Assembly (NCBI GenBank): GCA_965248575.1
Contig: CBDFJQ010000002.1
Span: 1,367,574 to 1,431,573, forward strand
DNA length: 64,000 nt
Reading direction: 5' to 3'
Source: Planctomycetota bacterium
GTDB lineage: Bacteria; Planctomycetota; B15-G4
In this document: piece by piece, positions 38,374 to 48,196 of the stretch
Layout: the number at the start of each line of letters is the position of its first letter
Numbering within the stretch: the first letter of the stretch is position 1
Program-made: the position numbers and the translations under genes
The notes under the pieces: generated by a model
Databases searched by the model: none
The model's input: the letters and a program-made list of their open reading frames with translations, nothing else
Told to the model about the DNA's origin: nothing

Positions 38374-40595
38374 GGTGAGTCGTCGCCTTCCGTGGGAGAG
38401 CTTCCGGCCGGCTCCTCGGGAGCCTGGCCGTTGAAGCCCGGCGGCCACTGGAACGGTCGGCGATAGAGATCCTCTTCGAGGATCTCGTTGGACCCCGTCA
38501 GCTGCCCGAGGTCGCCAGCCTGCAACAGCTTGAGCGCCTCCGCGCTGCCGGCCATGGCCGCGGCCTTCGCGTCTTCCGGCATGTCGCCTGCATAACCGAG
38601 CGCCACCAGACTCTTCATCTGGTTCAGCAGCGCCTGCTCGTCGCCCACCCCGGCCGACATGGGCACTTCCGGCATGGCGGCGTCGTGCAGTTTGTAACGG
38701 GCTGCGATCGCCGCGAAGGCCTGCGCGTAGGCCGGGTCGTTCAAGTCCAGGGGACTGTGCTCGCCGGGGTCGTCGATGAGATCGAACAAGCGCGTCGTCC
38801 ACTGCGCACCCTGCGCCTTGCTCAACGGTGCGAAGCGGCTCTGGGTGAGCTTGTAGCGTTCGTTGCGCATGGAGACGTAGCGCACGTTCTCTGCCACGAC
38901 GTGTCGCTCGTCTTCTCCGGGGTCGACGCCTGCAGCATCGGGCGCGAGGCTGCGCCCCGGTGACGGTCCTCCCGCGACCGCCAGGGTTCCGACACCCGCC
39001 ACGTCGAGCACCGTCGCGGGCAGGTCACGCATCTCCACCGGCCAGGTCACACGCGCCCCACCGTGTTGCTTGCCGGGGAAGCGCACGACCATCGGCACCT
39101 GCAGGTTGGTCTCGAACATCCAATCGTGTTCGAACAGGCCGTGGTCGTATAGCTCTTCACCGTGGTCCGAAGTGAAGATCACCAGGGTGTTCTCGTCGAT
39201 CTCCAGCTCGGCCAGCAGATCGAGCAGGCTGCCGAACATCTCGTCGGCAAAGCTCACGCCACCGTCGTAGAGCGCATTGACGTGTTCCACATCGCGGCCT
39301 GGGTCAAAATGCTCACAGCTCCAGGTCTGCTGACTGTCGTGTTCGCAAACGCCCTGCTGCTGCTGCTTCATGATCCACTGCCCGTGCTTCTGCCGGAAGG
39401 GGTGGAAGTAGCCCCCGTACTCAGGGTCGTAGCGACCGTCGTAGGGCGCCGGCGGCTCATAGGGTGTGTGCGTGCTGTAGTAGTGGACCAGCGCAAAGAA
39501 CGGCCGGTCGGCGTGCTTGCGGATCCAGCCCAGGGCCTCGGTGTTCACGAGCCGCGGGTCCATGGCCTGGCGCGTCTTGTTGTAGAGGATCCAGAGCAGC
39601 ATGCGACTGCGCACCACCGACCACTTGCTGTGCCGGTTCACCGCTTCGTGCCCGACGATGGTCTCGAAGTAGGTGTCGAAGCCATGCAGCAGCCCGGTGT
39701 CGTTGGACAGGGTCCCCGTCAGGAAGGCCCCCGTGGCGTAGCCCTGCTCCTGAAGCGCCTGGGCCAGCGTGCGGTTGCTGTCCACATCCAGTTGCTGCCC
39801 GGGCCACATCTTGATCAGGCCATGCTCGCGCGGGTACTTGCCCGTGAGAAAGCTGCCGAAGGAGGTCCAGGTGAAGGGTGCCTGGGCCCACGCGGTCTCA
39901 TAGACCACACCCTGTTCCGCCATGCGGTCCACGTTGGGAGAGATGTCAGGCGTCTTCTCGTAGCCGTAGCACCCCAGCCGATCGGCACGCAGGGCATCCA
40001 CCACCACATAGAGGACGTTGGGTGCGCCCTCCGGAGCGCCGCCCCGCCCGGCGGTGAGACTGGCCTCGCGCGCCATGGCCCAACTTCCAGCGACCGCGAG
40101 CAACAGCGTCACGACCAAGGTCGTCACCCGGCCCGGCACCCTGACCAGCCCGCCCTCCCGCACCAACATGCGGGCACCCAGGGCTGCCACCACGACCCAC
40201 GCCAGCGTCAGAGCGAGTCGCTTCGGGTGGTGGAACGGCAGCCCCCACGAGAAGTCCCAGAGCTGCTTGGTGTGCCAGTACAGGTTTACGAAGAGAGCTG
40301 AGGCCACCATCAGTCGCGGGGCCAGGAGTTCGGCGCTGCCTGGCGCGGGAGCACGACGCCTCAACCGACTCAGCATGATCACGGCCAGCGTGCAGCCGAG
40401 GGCACCGAGGACCCCGTAGTGCGCGGCCCCCAGGATCAGCGTCGCGGCAAGGTCCACCCCATCGAGGGGCGGCACATCACCCAGGCGCCCCCAGAAGCTC
40501 ATCCAGGGCCCCATGCGCACCACCAGGGCTTCGAGCAATCCCCACACAGCGCCCCACACGAGCCCAGAGGCCAGGGCTTGGCGCAGCTGATTCAC
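38370..40595 (-). CDS. Membrane-anchored alkaline-phosphatase-superfamily enzyme (sulfatase / phospho-substituent transferase-like)
   Basis: 741 aa. Five N-terminal TM helices, then a catalytic domain with PNVLYVVVDALRADRLGCYG and FTSDHGEELYDHGLFEHD, which are metal-ligand motifs of the sulfatase/LtaS/EptA superfamily. Confidence 0.75.
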   Translation of the reverse strand: MNQLRQALASGLVWGAVWGLLEALVVRMGPWMSFWGRLGDVPPLDGVDLAATLILGAAHYGVLGALGCTLAVIMLSRLRRRAPAPGSAELLAPRLMVASALFVNLYWHTKQLWDFSWGLPFHHPKRLALTLAWVVVAALGARMLVREGGLVRVPGRVTTLVVTLLLAVAGSWAMAREASLTAGRGGAPEGAPNVLYVVVDALRADRLGCYGYEKTPDISPNVDRMAEQGVVYETAWAQAPFTWTSFGSFLTGKYPREHGLIKMWPGQQLDVDSNRTLAQALQEQGYATGAFLTGTLSNDTGLLHGFDTYFETIVGHEAVNRHSKWSVVRSRMLLWILYNKTRQAMDPRLVNTEALGWIRKHADRPFFALVHYYSTHTPYEPPAPYDGRYDPEYGGYFHPFRQKHGQWIMKQQQQGVCEHDSQQTWSCEHFDPGRDVEHVNALYDGGVSFADEMFGSLLDLLAELEIDENTLVIFTSDHGEELYDHGLFEHDWMFETNLQVPMVVRFPGKQHGGARVTWPVEMRDLPATVLDVAGVGTLAVAGGPSPGRSLAPDAAGVDPGEDERHVVAENVRYVSMRNERYKLTQSRFAPLSKAQGAQWTTRLFDLIDDPGEHSPLDLNDPAYAQAFAAIAARYKLHDAAMPEVPMSAGVGDEQALLNQMKSLVALGYAGDMPEDAKAAAMAGSAEALKLLQAGDLGQLTGSNEILEEDLYRRPFQWPPGFNGQAPEEPAGSSPTEGDDSP

Positions 40596-40698
40596 AGGTC
40601 ACTCCAGGGGGAACCGATCGCGCATCGTAGATCCTTGGGCGGGGCCAGACTACGGCGCGCTAGAGAGCAGCTCCTCTCGACTGATAACCTCCCCCAGC
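40596..40698. promoter_or_regulatory. Divergent promoter region between the two AP-superfamily genes
   Basis: 103-nt gap between a minus-strand operon start (40595) and a plus-strand gene start (40699). Confidence 0.35.
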
Positions 40699-43600
40699 AT
40701 GAGTGAGGGGCACGACCGACATATGCGCCGCAACAGCATGCCGTTGCTCCTGTCCATCACGGGGCTGGTGTCCGCTCTGGTCTGGCCAGGGAGCGTGCTG
40801 GCCTGGCTGCCTCTGCTGCTCTGCCCGGGCTGGGGTCTGGCCAGGCTCGTCTCCGTCATCGACCGGAACTTTGGAGTTCTCGGTTCTGCCCTGTGCCTCT
40901 CCCCGCTCGTCCTGGGCTCCCTGACCCTCGTGAGTGCTGCCGCGGGCTGGCCGTCCGACCGGCTGGCCCTGGCCGTCCACATCACGTCGGTGGGCCTGTG
41001 CCTGCTGGGCCGCATCCGGCTCGCCGTCTACGACCGCTGGCTGGGGCGCCAACCTCCCATCGACGGGCCCATGCCCTGGTGGCCGGAGAAGCTCTGGGTC
41101 TGCGTGACGATCGTCGTGGTTGCCGTCGCCGCCGGAGCCGAGGTGGTCCCCCTGGACGAGGCTGCGGCCGGATCTCCCCGGCTCGTGGTGGCCAGCGAGG
41201 CGTTGGCCTGGCTGCAGGGCGCCGAGGATCCCATGCACGCCGGCCGGCCCTTGCCCATGGGCTCGCTCCTTTCCGGCGCCTCTGCGGCCCTGGCGGCGGG
41301 TGCCGGCTTGCACCCGCTGGAGTCCACGCAGTTGCTCTCGTGGTCAGCCCTCGTGGCCTGCCTGGTCCTGGCGGCGGAGAGCATCTCGCGACTTTGGGGC
41401 AATCGGGGCGCGGTGCTTGCGATGGCGGCAGTTCTGTTGGGGCTGAACCCGTTGGCCCTCGCCTTCCTGTTGGGCTCCGACGGTGTGCGCATCGACTCGC
41501 AACACCTCACCGCGGACTTCTCCCCCCAGCTCACCACGGCTATCGCTCCCTTCCTGGACGCAGCACCGCTGGCGCTGGCCCTGGCCTTCACGGCCATGCT
41601 GCTCTCGTCGACCCTCTCGATCCTTCGGCGCTCCAGCTATCACGTGCCACGACTCGCTGGCCTGGCAACCCTGGGCCTCGTGCTGACGGACGCCCGCGCG
41701 GCGCTGCTGCTGCTGCCCGGTTGGTTCGCTGGCCTGGCCCTCGCGCACCTCGCGTGCCGGGACAGCAAGGACAACGACCCGCAGCTCAACTCCAGTGTGC
41801 GCCGCCCGGGCGAACCGCTCATCCTCCGGGCTCCCTTCTGGAGACCCGCGCTGCACATCGCGTTGGGCGCGGCCGTGGGTTTCGCGCTCGTGGACCTCCC
41901 GACCTACGACGTGCAGCTTTCGCGCGTCGTGGTCTGGGGCTTGGTGGCCGCCGTGGGCCCGGGCTGCATCCTGTTCATGCCTGGGATTCGCCACCTGAAC
42001 GCCAGCCCAGGGCGCGAGGCGTACTTCTTCCTGCCCGCGGTGGCGGTCGCCGCGCTGTTGGGGATGACGGTGCAGTTCGATGGCGACCAAGGCAATCTGG
42101 TGGTGCGCTTGCTGGCCCTCGTACTCGCCGTCCCCGCGGCCAACGGCGCCATGAAGGTCATCGAGCTGCACGGCCTGCGCGCCACACTGCTGTTGATCTT
42201 CCTGACCTTGATCACGCTGCCTGGTCCGCTCGTCGTCCTCCGTGAAGCTCGCGACACAGCGCGACCGCTGCACTGCGTGGACCACGACTCGGTGCGCTGG
42301 GCCGAGTTGGATGAGGGCATCGCCAGTGCCCTCGCCCTGGTTCACGAGCGCAGCACCCAGGACGCCGTGCTGATCCTGGACGAGCTCCCGGACGCCCACG
42401 ACTTGTACGCGCTGTATCTCTTGTCAGGGCGTCCACTGGTGACCATCCCGAAGTCCACCCTGCTCGACAGCAGCAACGCCTATCAGCGTCAACCCGAGAC
42501 ACTCTCCCGCCCCGAGCGCACAGGCTCCCGGCGCGATCTCGTGAGCCGCCTCTCCCACGGTGATGGAACGGCACTCGCCCGCCTGCGCGGCAGTCGCGGC
42601 CTGCAGGGGCGGGAGATGTGGGCTGTGCACGAAGGGGACAGCTGGCCCGGCTTCCACCCCCAGCGCCAGGCCAGTGCATTGTTGGTGGAGCGCGCCGAAC
42701 TGCCGGACATCGTGCTCGTCACCATCTCGAGCCTGCGTGTGGACCGGGTCAACGCGGACTCCATGCCGGCCCTCGATGCCCGCAGCAAACAAGGCCTGCT
42801 GTTCGAGACAGCCATCACGCCAACGCCCAGCACGGGGCCGGGGCTCGCCAGCTTGCTTTCCGGCCTCTCCCCCGTGGAGCACGATGTGCGCGACGACGGC
42901 CGGCGCCTCTCCGCGGACATCCCAGGCTTGCAGCGACAACTCGCACTACGGGGTTACCGCTCCTCCGCCGTGGTCGCCCTGGGGTCCGACTCCGGATTGC
43001 TCAGGGGCTTTGAACAGGTGCGCGCTGAGTCGACTCTCGATGCGGAGCATTTGGTGGACCTAGCCACTCAACAACTGAGCCTGGCCGACCCCCGCCCTGT
43101 GTTTCTCTGGGTGCACTTCTCGGACCTGGAGCTGCCCTTCGAGGTTCCAGAGCACGCTCGCACGGCAATCACCGGTCCACACGACTTCCCCGACAGCTCG
43201 AATCTCGACGCGACGCGCTACGGCGTCGCTCCCTTTCCTCCCTCGGCGAATCACAGGGGAGAGGTGGATCTCAAGACGGGCGTGGCGCAATACGACGCCT
43301 TGGTGGGCATGGTCGACCGGGAGTTGGGCCGCCTGCTGCAGTCCATTCCGGAAGACGACCTGCTCGCGGTCACGGCCCCCCACGGCACCAGCCTGTCCGA
43401 GCACGGCGCCTACTTCATGCACGGCCCCGACCTCTTCGAACCGTCCATCCATGTTCCGCTGATCGTCGTCGGCGGTGGCATGCCCGTCAGTCGCAGCGGC
43501 AGCCTCACGAGCCTCGAGGACATTCCCGACCTGTTGCTCATGGGCCGGCTCCCTGTTCGCGAACGGGTGATGCTCGAAAGCGCGTGGCGCCCCGGTCTGG

Positions 43601-43857
43601 GCACCGGCGCCGCCTATCCGGCGGACATCGACCCGACGGCACGCGGAGCGGCGCGGCGCATCTGGGGCGAGCGTTCGGCCACCGGCAAGACCTTGTTGAC
43701 GATCAAACCGGATGCCGGTCAAGGCGCGCGCGGGCTCCGCTTTGATCTTGCGGCTGATCCGGATGAACTCCACGGCCAGGCGGCTGACCCCTTCGCCTTG
43801 CGACGGGTGGACACCTGGCGCAGACGCGGCCGACCGGCGAGCGTTGATCTGCCGTAG
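40699..43857 (+). CDS. Large polytopic membrane protein with a C-terminal alkaline-phosphatase-superfamily (sulfatase-like) domain
   Basis: 1052 aa. The N-terminal ~560 aa hold many TM helices (Wzy/O-antigen-ligase-like hydrophobic profile). The C-terminal domain begins PDIVLVTISSLRVDRVN...GLASLLSGLSP and contains APHGTSLSEHGAYFMHGPDLFE, both AP-superfamily-like. The exact start (40699, 40723 or 40738) is uncertain. Confidence 0.6.
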   Translation: MSEGHDRHMRRNSMPLLLSITGLVSALVWPGSVLAWLPLLLCPGWGLARLVSVIDRNFGVLGSALCLSPLVLGSLTLVSAAAGWPSDRLALAVHITSVGLCLLGRIRLAVYDRWLGRQPPIDGPMPWWPEKLWVCVTIVVVAVAAGAEVVPLDEAAAGSPRLVVASEALAWLQGAEDPMHAGRPLPMGSLLSGASAALAAGAGLHPLESTQLLSWSALVACLVLAAESISRLWGNRGAVLAMAAVLLGLNPLALAFLLGSDGVRIDSQHLTADFSPQLTTAIAPFLDAAPLALALAFTAMLLSSTLSILRRSSYHVPRLAGLATLGLVLTDARAALLLLPGWFAGLALAHLACRDSKDNDPQLNSSVRRPGEPLILRAPFWRPALHIALGAAVGFALVDLPTYDVQLSRVVVWGLVAAVGPGCILFMPGIRHLNASPGREAYFFLPAVAVAALLGMTVQFDGDQGNLVVRLLALVLAVPAANGAMKVIELHGLRATLLLIFLTLITLPGPLVVLREARDTARPLHCVDHDSVRWAELDEGIASALALVHERSTQDAVLILDELPDAHDLYALYLLSGRPLVTIPKSTLLDSSNAYQRQPETLSRPERTGSRRDLVSRLSHGDGTALARLRGSRGLQGREMWAVHEGDSWPGFHPQRQASALLVERAELPDIVLVTISSLRVDRVNADSMPALDARSKQGLLFETAITPTPSTGPGLASLLSGLSPVEHDVRDDGRRLSADIPGLQRQLALRGYRSSAVVALGSDSGLLRGFEQVRAESTLDAEHLVDLATQQLSLADPRPVFLWVHFSDLELPFEVPEHARTAITGPHDFPDSSNLDATRYGVAPFPPSANHRGEVDLKTGVAQYDALVGMVDRELGRLLQSIPEDDLLAVTAPHGTSLSEHGAYFMHGPDLFEPSIHVPLIVVGGGMPVSRSGSLTSLEDIPDLLLMGRLPVRERVMLESAWRPGLGTGAAYPADIDPTARGAARRIWGERSATGKTLLTIKPDAGQGARGLRFDLAADPDELHGQAADPFALRRVDTWRRRGRPASVDLP

Positions 43858-43879
43858 CCATGCCCTCTGCCGACGGGCC

Positions 43880-43982
43880 GGCTGGATCTGTCTTTGGACA
43901 GCAGATCTGCTGCTCAGACAACGAGGCAAACGGACGCCTCGAAAACTCGCCTCAGATCTGCTGTCCAAAGACAGATCCAGCC
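43880..43982. repeat. Perfect 30-bp inverted repeat with a 43-nt spacer at a convergent gene junction
   Basis: Left arm ggctggatctgtctttggacagcagatctg (43880-43909) and right arm cagatctgctgtccaaagacagatccagcc (43953-43982) are exact reverse complements. Each arm also contains the self-palindrome cagcagatctgctg / cagatctg. Confidence 0.9.
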
Positions 43983-43998
43983 TCATCGGTAAGAGGCT

Positions 43999-45891
43999 TC
44001 AGGCTTCGGTCCAGGTCTTCTTCCAGCTGCCTTGGACGGTCAGGGTGACGGGAGTGCCGGCGGCGCGTAGCTCCACCAGGTGGCCCCGTTTCGTGAGGTC
44101 GGCGCCATCGGCCTGGACGTCCACGTCCTGGAGTGCGACCGGGAGTTGGTAGCGCGCGAGGCCGTGGACATTCTCCAACCTCAAGACGTCCGTCAGGCGC
44201 ACGCGATCCTCTTCGAACGTGTAGTGGCGTTCCGTGCCGGTGCCGGGGACCCGCTGGCCCCGACCATCCGCCAGCGCCCCTTTGAAGGTGACGGACTGGC
44301 CGTCGAACTCATGCTCGGTCTGGATGTCCTGGTGCGCGGCGCACCAGGGGCTCGACTCCTGCACGCTGCGCACGAGGACGTGCCGCCAGGGGTAGGCCAG
44401 GCCGCGCAGCAGACCGTGGCGCGCCTTCAGTTCGATGCTGGTGACGTAGAGTCGGAAGCGGACGTCGCTCTTCTCTGCCTTCAGCCAGCGCACCCAGCGT
44501 GCGGTACGGGACCCAGCTTTCGACGGGCGCAGGAGAAAGCTCCCGGGTCGCTCACGCTGGAAGCGCACGCGCGGCACGTCTTCCCGGCCTGGTGTGCGAC
44601 CGTCGCTGGCCCATACCAGGGACTGCAGGCTTCCGCCGCCCAGGTCGCACCCGAACAGGTTGCTTGCCCCCAGGCTCTTGCCACGCAAGATTGCGGTGTA
44701 GGCGATGCGCTCCACGTGCAGCAGGCCCGAGTGCGCCAGGTCGATCGTCATGGGTTCGCGCGGGGCAGCGCGCAAGGACACATCGGACAGGACCCTCGCC
44801 GCCCAGGCGGCGTGCCCCGTCCAGAAGATGCGGCACTGGAAGTTCACACCGGCGCCGTGATGGCTGTCTGCGCCTCCGTCCAGGGGATCGATGTGGGCGA
44901 CCCACTCCTCCATGGCGCGACCGGCTTCATTGGCGAACATCGGTTCGTTCAACACCCGAGAGCCCGTCTGCAGCGCGTACGCGTCAAAGGGGTGGCTGGC
45001 GACTTCGTAGGCGCTGACCCAGTACCAGGCCTTGGCCTCGTTGTGCAGGACCTTCCGACCGAGCCCATCCCGGAAGGCCACAAGCGCCCGCAAGCTGGTC
45101 GTCAAGCGCTCGCGAGCCCAGTCACTCAGGCTGGCATCCACACCCTCCATCCGCTCCAGCACCTCGTGCACATAGAGCACGAAGCCCGGCGTCCGGGAGT
45201 GGTAGAAGGTCGAGGTGTCTGCCAACCCTGGATGGGTGCAGTGGTCCGTGTGCGCAGGGATGTACGGGGCCACCCCGTCCGGGGCCAACTCAGCGAGGGC
45301 TGACGCACAGCCCGTGAGAGCATCTTGCGCCCAGTCCTTGCGCCCCAAGCAGCGCGCGGCGCGGGCCACGCCCGTGGCCGCCCACAGGCGCTGCGCGGTA
45401 ATAGGCCGCTCCCGAGCGGCATGCCTCAGATAACCCTCAACGTGTCGTTCCAAAGCATCCCGGCAGCGGGCCGTCTCGGATTCATTGAACAGCTCCGGCA
45501 CGTCCTCCAGCAGCGTGGCGATGGAGTCCGCGCACGCCCCGCCATCAATGGCATTGGTCGACGCGTTGCGGTGGTCAATGCGTCCCGGAAGGAAGACGGG
45601 CACCTTGCTCTGGGGGTCCAGACCCAGGTGATCCACGCTGCGGAGCACCTGGCGCTTGCCGCGCTCGAGGAACTCCTCCTCGCGCGTGTTGCGCCAGGCC
45701 TCGAGGTTGATCACCGCGCCATACGTCAGCTTCCCCGTGTGCTCCACCCGATGGCGCGGGCACAGGCATTCGCCGTCGGGGCCCGTGTACTTCTCGAAGA
45801 AGTTGGACAGGCCCCGCAGGATCCCCAAGCGCAGTTGCACGTGATTCTTCATGCGCGTCTTGCCGCTACCAGGCGCAGGAGAAAGGCTCAC
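43999..45891 (-). CDS. Hypothetical 630-aa protein (Cys/His/Trp-rich; possible polysaccharide lyase/hydrolase-like accessory enzyme)
   Basis: Long ORF with good GC3 bias, translationally coupled to the upstream GT4 (ATGA overlap at 45888-45891). No motif I can assign with confidence. Confidence 0.5.
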   Translation of the reverse strand: MSLSPAPGSGKTRMKNHVQLRLGILRGLSNFFEKYTGPDGECLCPRHRVEHTGKLTYGAVINLEAWRNTREEEFLERGKRQVLRSVDHLGLDPQSKVPVFLPGRIDHRNASTNAIDGGACADSIATLLEDVPELFNESETARCRDALERHVEGYLRHAARERPITAQRLWAATGVARAARCLGRKDWAQDALTGCASALAELAPDGVAPYIPAHTDHCTHPGLADTSTFYHSRTPGFVLYVHEVLERMEGVDASLSDWARERLTTSLRALVAFRDGLGRKVLHNEAKAWYWVSAYEVASHPFDAYALQTGSRVLNEPMFANEAGRAMEEWVAHIDPLDGGADSHHGAGVNFQCRIFWTGHAAWAARVLSDVSLRAAPREPMTIDLAHSGLLHVERIAYTAILRGKSLGASNLFGCDLGGGSLQSLVWASDGRTPGREDVPRVRFQRERPGSFLLRPSKAGSRTARWVRWLKAEKSDVRFRLYVTSIELKARHGLLRGLAYPWRHVLVRSVQESSPWCAAHQDIQTEHEFDGQSVTFKGALADGRGQRVPGTGTERHYTFEEDRVRLTDVLRLENVHGLARYQLPVALQDVDVQADGADLTKRGHLVELRAAGTPVTLTVQGSWKKTWTEA

Positions 45892-46934
45892 GGGAGACGC
45901 CTCATGTCCGCAACAAGACGTGGTACGAGCTTGTCGAGATCGTGTTCGGCCAAGACGCGCCCACGGAGTTCCTGCCCCAGCGACTCCCGATCGCCTGGGG
46001 ACAGGGAGAGCAGGCGCTCCAGGCGCATGGCCAGGCCTTGGATATCACCCTTCGAGAACATCAGCGTCGCCGCCAGCTCGGGGCCGAGCACCCGTTCAAA
46101 GGACTCGTTGCAGGTCAGCACAGGTGTCTCGCACGCCATGGCCTCGAGCACGACCTTGTCCACGCTGCCGGTGCGACTGGCGTTGACCAGGACTCGAGCC
46201 CGACGCATCACGTCGGCAATGTGGGGATAGCTCACAGCCCCCAGCAGCCGCACGCCACCCAAGGCAGCCGCCTGGTGCCCCAAGCTCGAACGGTAGGAGA
46301 CATCCCGATCGAGAAGGACATCTCCAGCGATCTCCACCTGCGTTTCGCCATCGAGCAGACTCACCGCCTCAAGGATCTCGTGGTGCCCCTTGCTCGGCGC
46401 CAGACGCCCTACCGACAGTACATCCACGGGGCGCAAGGCATCACCCGGCCCGAAGTGTTCACAGTCGATGCCGTGGCCGGTGACCACGCGCTTGTCTGTG
46501 GCCGAGGCCAAGCGGAAGGACTCCTCGGAAGCGCTGAACACCCTGCGCACCAAAGGCACGGCCATCTTGAGCGCCCGATCCACCCCCTTGTGCGTGTACC
46601 AGAGGTAGAGGGGAATCCTGCGGGGAACCGTGACGGGCGCGGCGTAGAGAACGAACTTGGGCACCATGTGCGCCAAGAGCGCGTCCGGCCGTCGCTCACC
46701 TCGAAGCCCCATCAGCACGCGGACCAGCCGGGCCTCCATGGCGAGCAGGCCCGCCCCCCGCTCCTTGCCCAGCGACCGGACCTCGACGTTGGCGGGTAGC
46801 TGGGTGTCCCCGACCCGCTGAGCGATGACCGTGAGCTGCTCCACATTCTGGGCGAAGGATTCGCACCAGCGATGGAAGAAGCCCAGAACGGCATCCTGCC
46901 GGTCGAGCACTTGCGTCAGGAGGACGATGTGCAT
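45888..46934 (-). CDS. Glycosyltransferase family 4
   Basis: 348 aa. C-terminal LVNASRTGSVDKVVLEAMACETPVLTCNES is a GT4-like E-x7-E region. Confidence 0.8.
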   Translation of the reverse strand: MHIVLLTQVLDRQDAVLGFFHRWCESFAQNVEQLTVIAQRVGDTQLPANVEVRSLGKERGAGLLAMEARLVRVLMGLRGERRPDALLAHMVPKFVLYAAPVTVPRRIPLYLWYTHKGVDRALKMAVPLVRRVFSASEESFRLASATDKRVVTGHGIDCEHFGPGDALRPVDVLSVGRLAPSKGHHEILEAVSLLDGETQVEIAGDVLLDRDVSYRSSLGHQAAALGGVRLLGAVSYPHIADVMRRARVLVNASRTGSVDKVVLEAMACETPVLTCNESFERVLGPELAATLMFSKGDIQGLAMRLERLLSLSPGDRESLGQELRGRVLAEHDLDKLVPRLVADMRRLP

Positions 46935-48196
46935 GACGGCGCAGCATGACCGCTGTTCGCCATGGTCTCCAGCCCGGTCTCCAGGCCACTTTCCCGCACG
47001 GCTCTCAGCGCCTCATCGGTCACCAGGTCGGGGTCGATGGGAATCACCGACCCGCCCATGACCTCGGCGTAGATTTCTGCGAGGCGAGCCGCCACGGCCT
47101 GGGCCGTCATCTGGGGTCGCGGACGCAGGCGTGCAGCGGCCCCCATCGCCTGCCGCAGCTCGGGCTCCGCCGCCAGTCTTTCCAGCCCGGCTGCCAGACC
47201 GTTCACGCTGTCGGCTTCCGCGAGCAGGCCGTCCACACCGTGTCGAACCAACTCGGGCACTCCACCCACGGCACTGGCCACGACGGGCACACCCGCCTCC
47301 AAGGCTTCAACCAGGACTTGCGGCAAGCCCTCCCGGCGCGACGACTGCAGGAGCATGTCCAAGGCTCCGTAGACATCCCCCAACTGGGCCCGCCCCGGCA
47401 GGTGAAGGGCCCCCGGCAAGCCAGACAGCTGGTCACGGGCAGACTGATTGCCGCTCCCTTCGCCCACGACGAGCAGGCGCAGCGGTGCCCCTGCGGCCCG
47501 TGCCCGCCCGACCGCCTGCACGGCGAGGGGCAGGTTCTTCACCGGTTCCAGGCGACCGACCCAACCCACCAGCAGCTCGTCGGGGCGGACTCCCAGTTCT
47601 TCCCGCAACGCCGCCCCCGCAAGCTGGTCGGGCGCGGTCCGTTGGGCGTCGATGCCCGGAGGGATGATGGCGTATTGATCCCGGCGACCGACGTGGTGTT
47701 GGTCCACCAACTCGTCGCGCACGGCCTCGGCCACGGCGATCAGCTTGTCCGTGCGGCGGGCCAGATAGGATTCCGTCAGCGCGAAGGCCCGCGACGTCAG
47801 GCTGCCGAAGTAGCCCGAGAGAACGTGCCCATGGTAGGTGTGTACCCGACGGGGAGCGGGGTGCAGGGCTCCCGCCGCCAGCCGGCCGAGAACCCCGGCC
47901 TTGGCAGTGTGGGTGTGGACGAGAGCGGGTTTCACCTCACGCACCAGCCGACGCAGCGCCACGGCCGCCGCGATGTCCTGCCGAGGGCGCACGGCCCGGC
48001 CCAACTCGGGAATCACGTGCACGCGCATGCCCGCCTCGCGGGCCTCATCAATCAGGTCGGCTTCACCCTCTTCGACGGAACCCGTGGCCAGGACCGTGCG
48101 CCAGCCGTGACAGCGCAAGGGTGCCGTGACCCGGATCACATGGCGCGCCGGCCCACCCATGTTCAGGCGAGCGATGACGCGCAACAGCTCAGGCAT
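46916..48196 (-). CDS. Glycosyltransferase family 4
   Basis: 426 aa. LLQSSRREGLPQVLVEALEAGVPVVASAVGGVPELVRHGVDGLL is the GT4 signature. Confidence 0.8.
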   Translation of the reverse strand: MPELLRVIARLNMGGPARHVIRVTAPLRCHGWRTVLATGSVEEGEADLIDEAREAGMRVHVIPELGRAVRPRQDIAAAVALRRLVREVKPALVHTHTAKAGVLGRLAAGALHPAPRRVHTYHGHVLSGYFGSLTSRAFALTESYLARRTDKLIAVAEAVRDELVDQHHVGRRDQYAIIPPGIDAQRTAPDQLAGAALREELGVRPDELLVGWVGRLEPVKNLPLAVQAVGRARAAGAPLRLLVVGEGSGNQSARDQLSGLPGALHLPGRAQLGDVYGALDMLLQSSRREGLPQVLVEALEAGVPVVASAVGGVPELVRHGVDGLLAEADSVNGLAAGLERLAAEPELRQAMGAAARLRPRPQMTAQAVAARLAEIYAEVMGGSVIPIDPDLVTDEALRAVRESGLETGLETMANSGHAAPSCTSSS

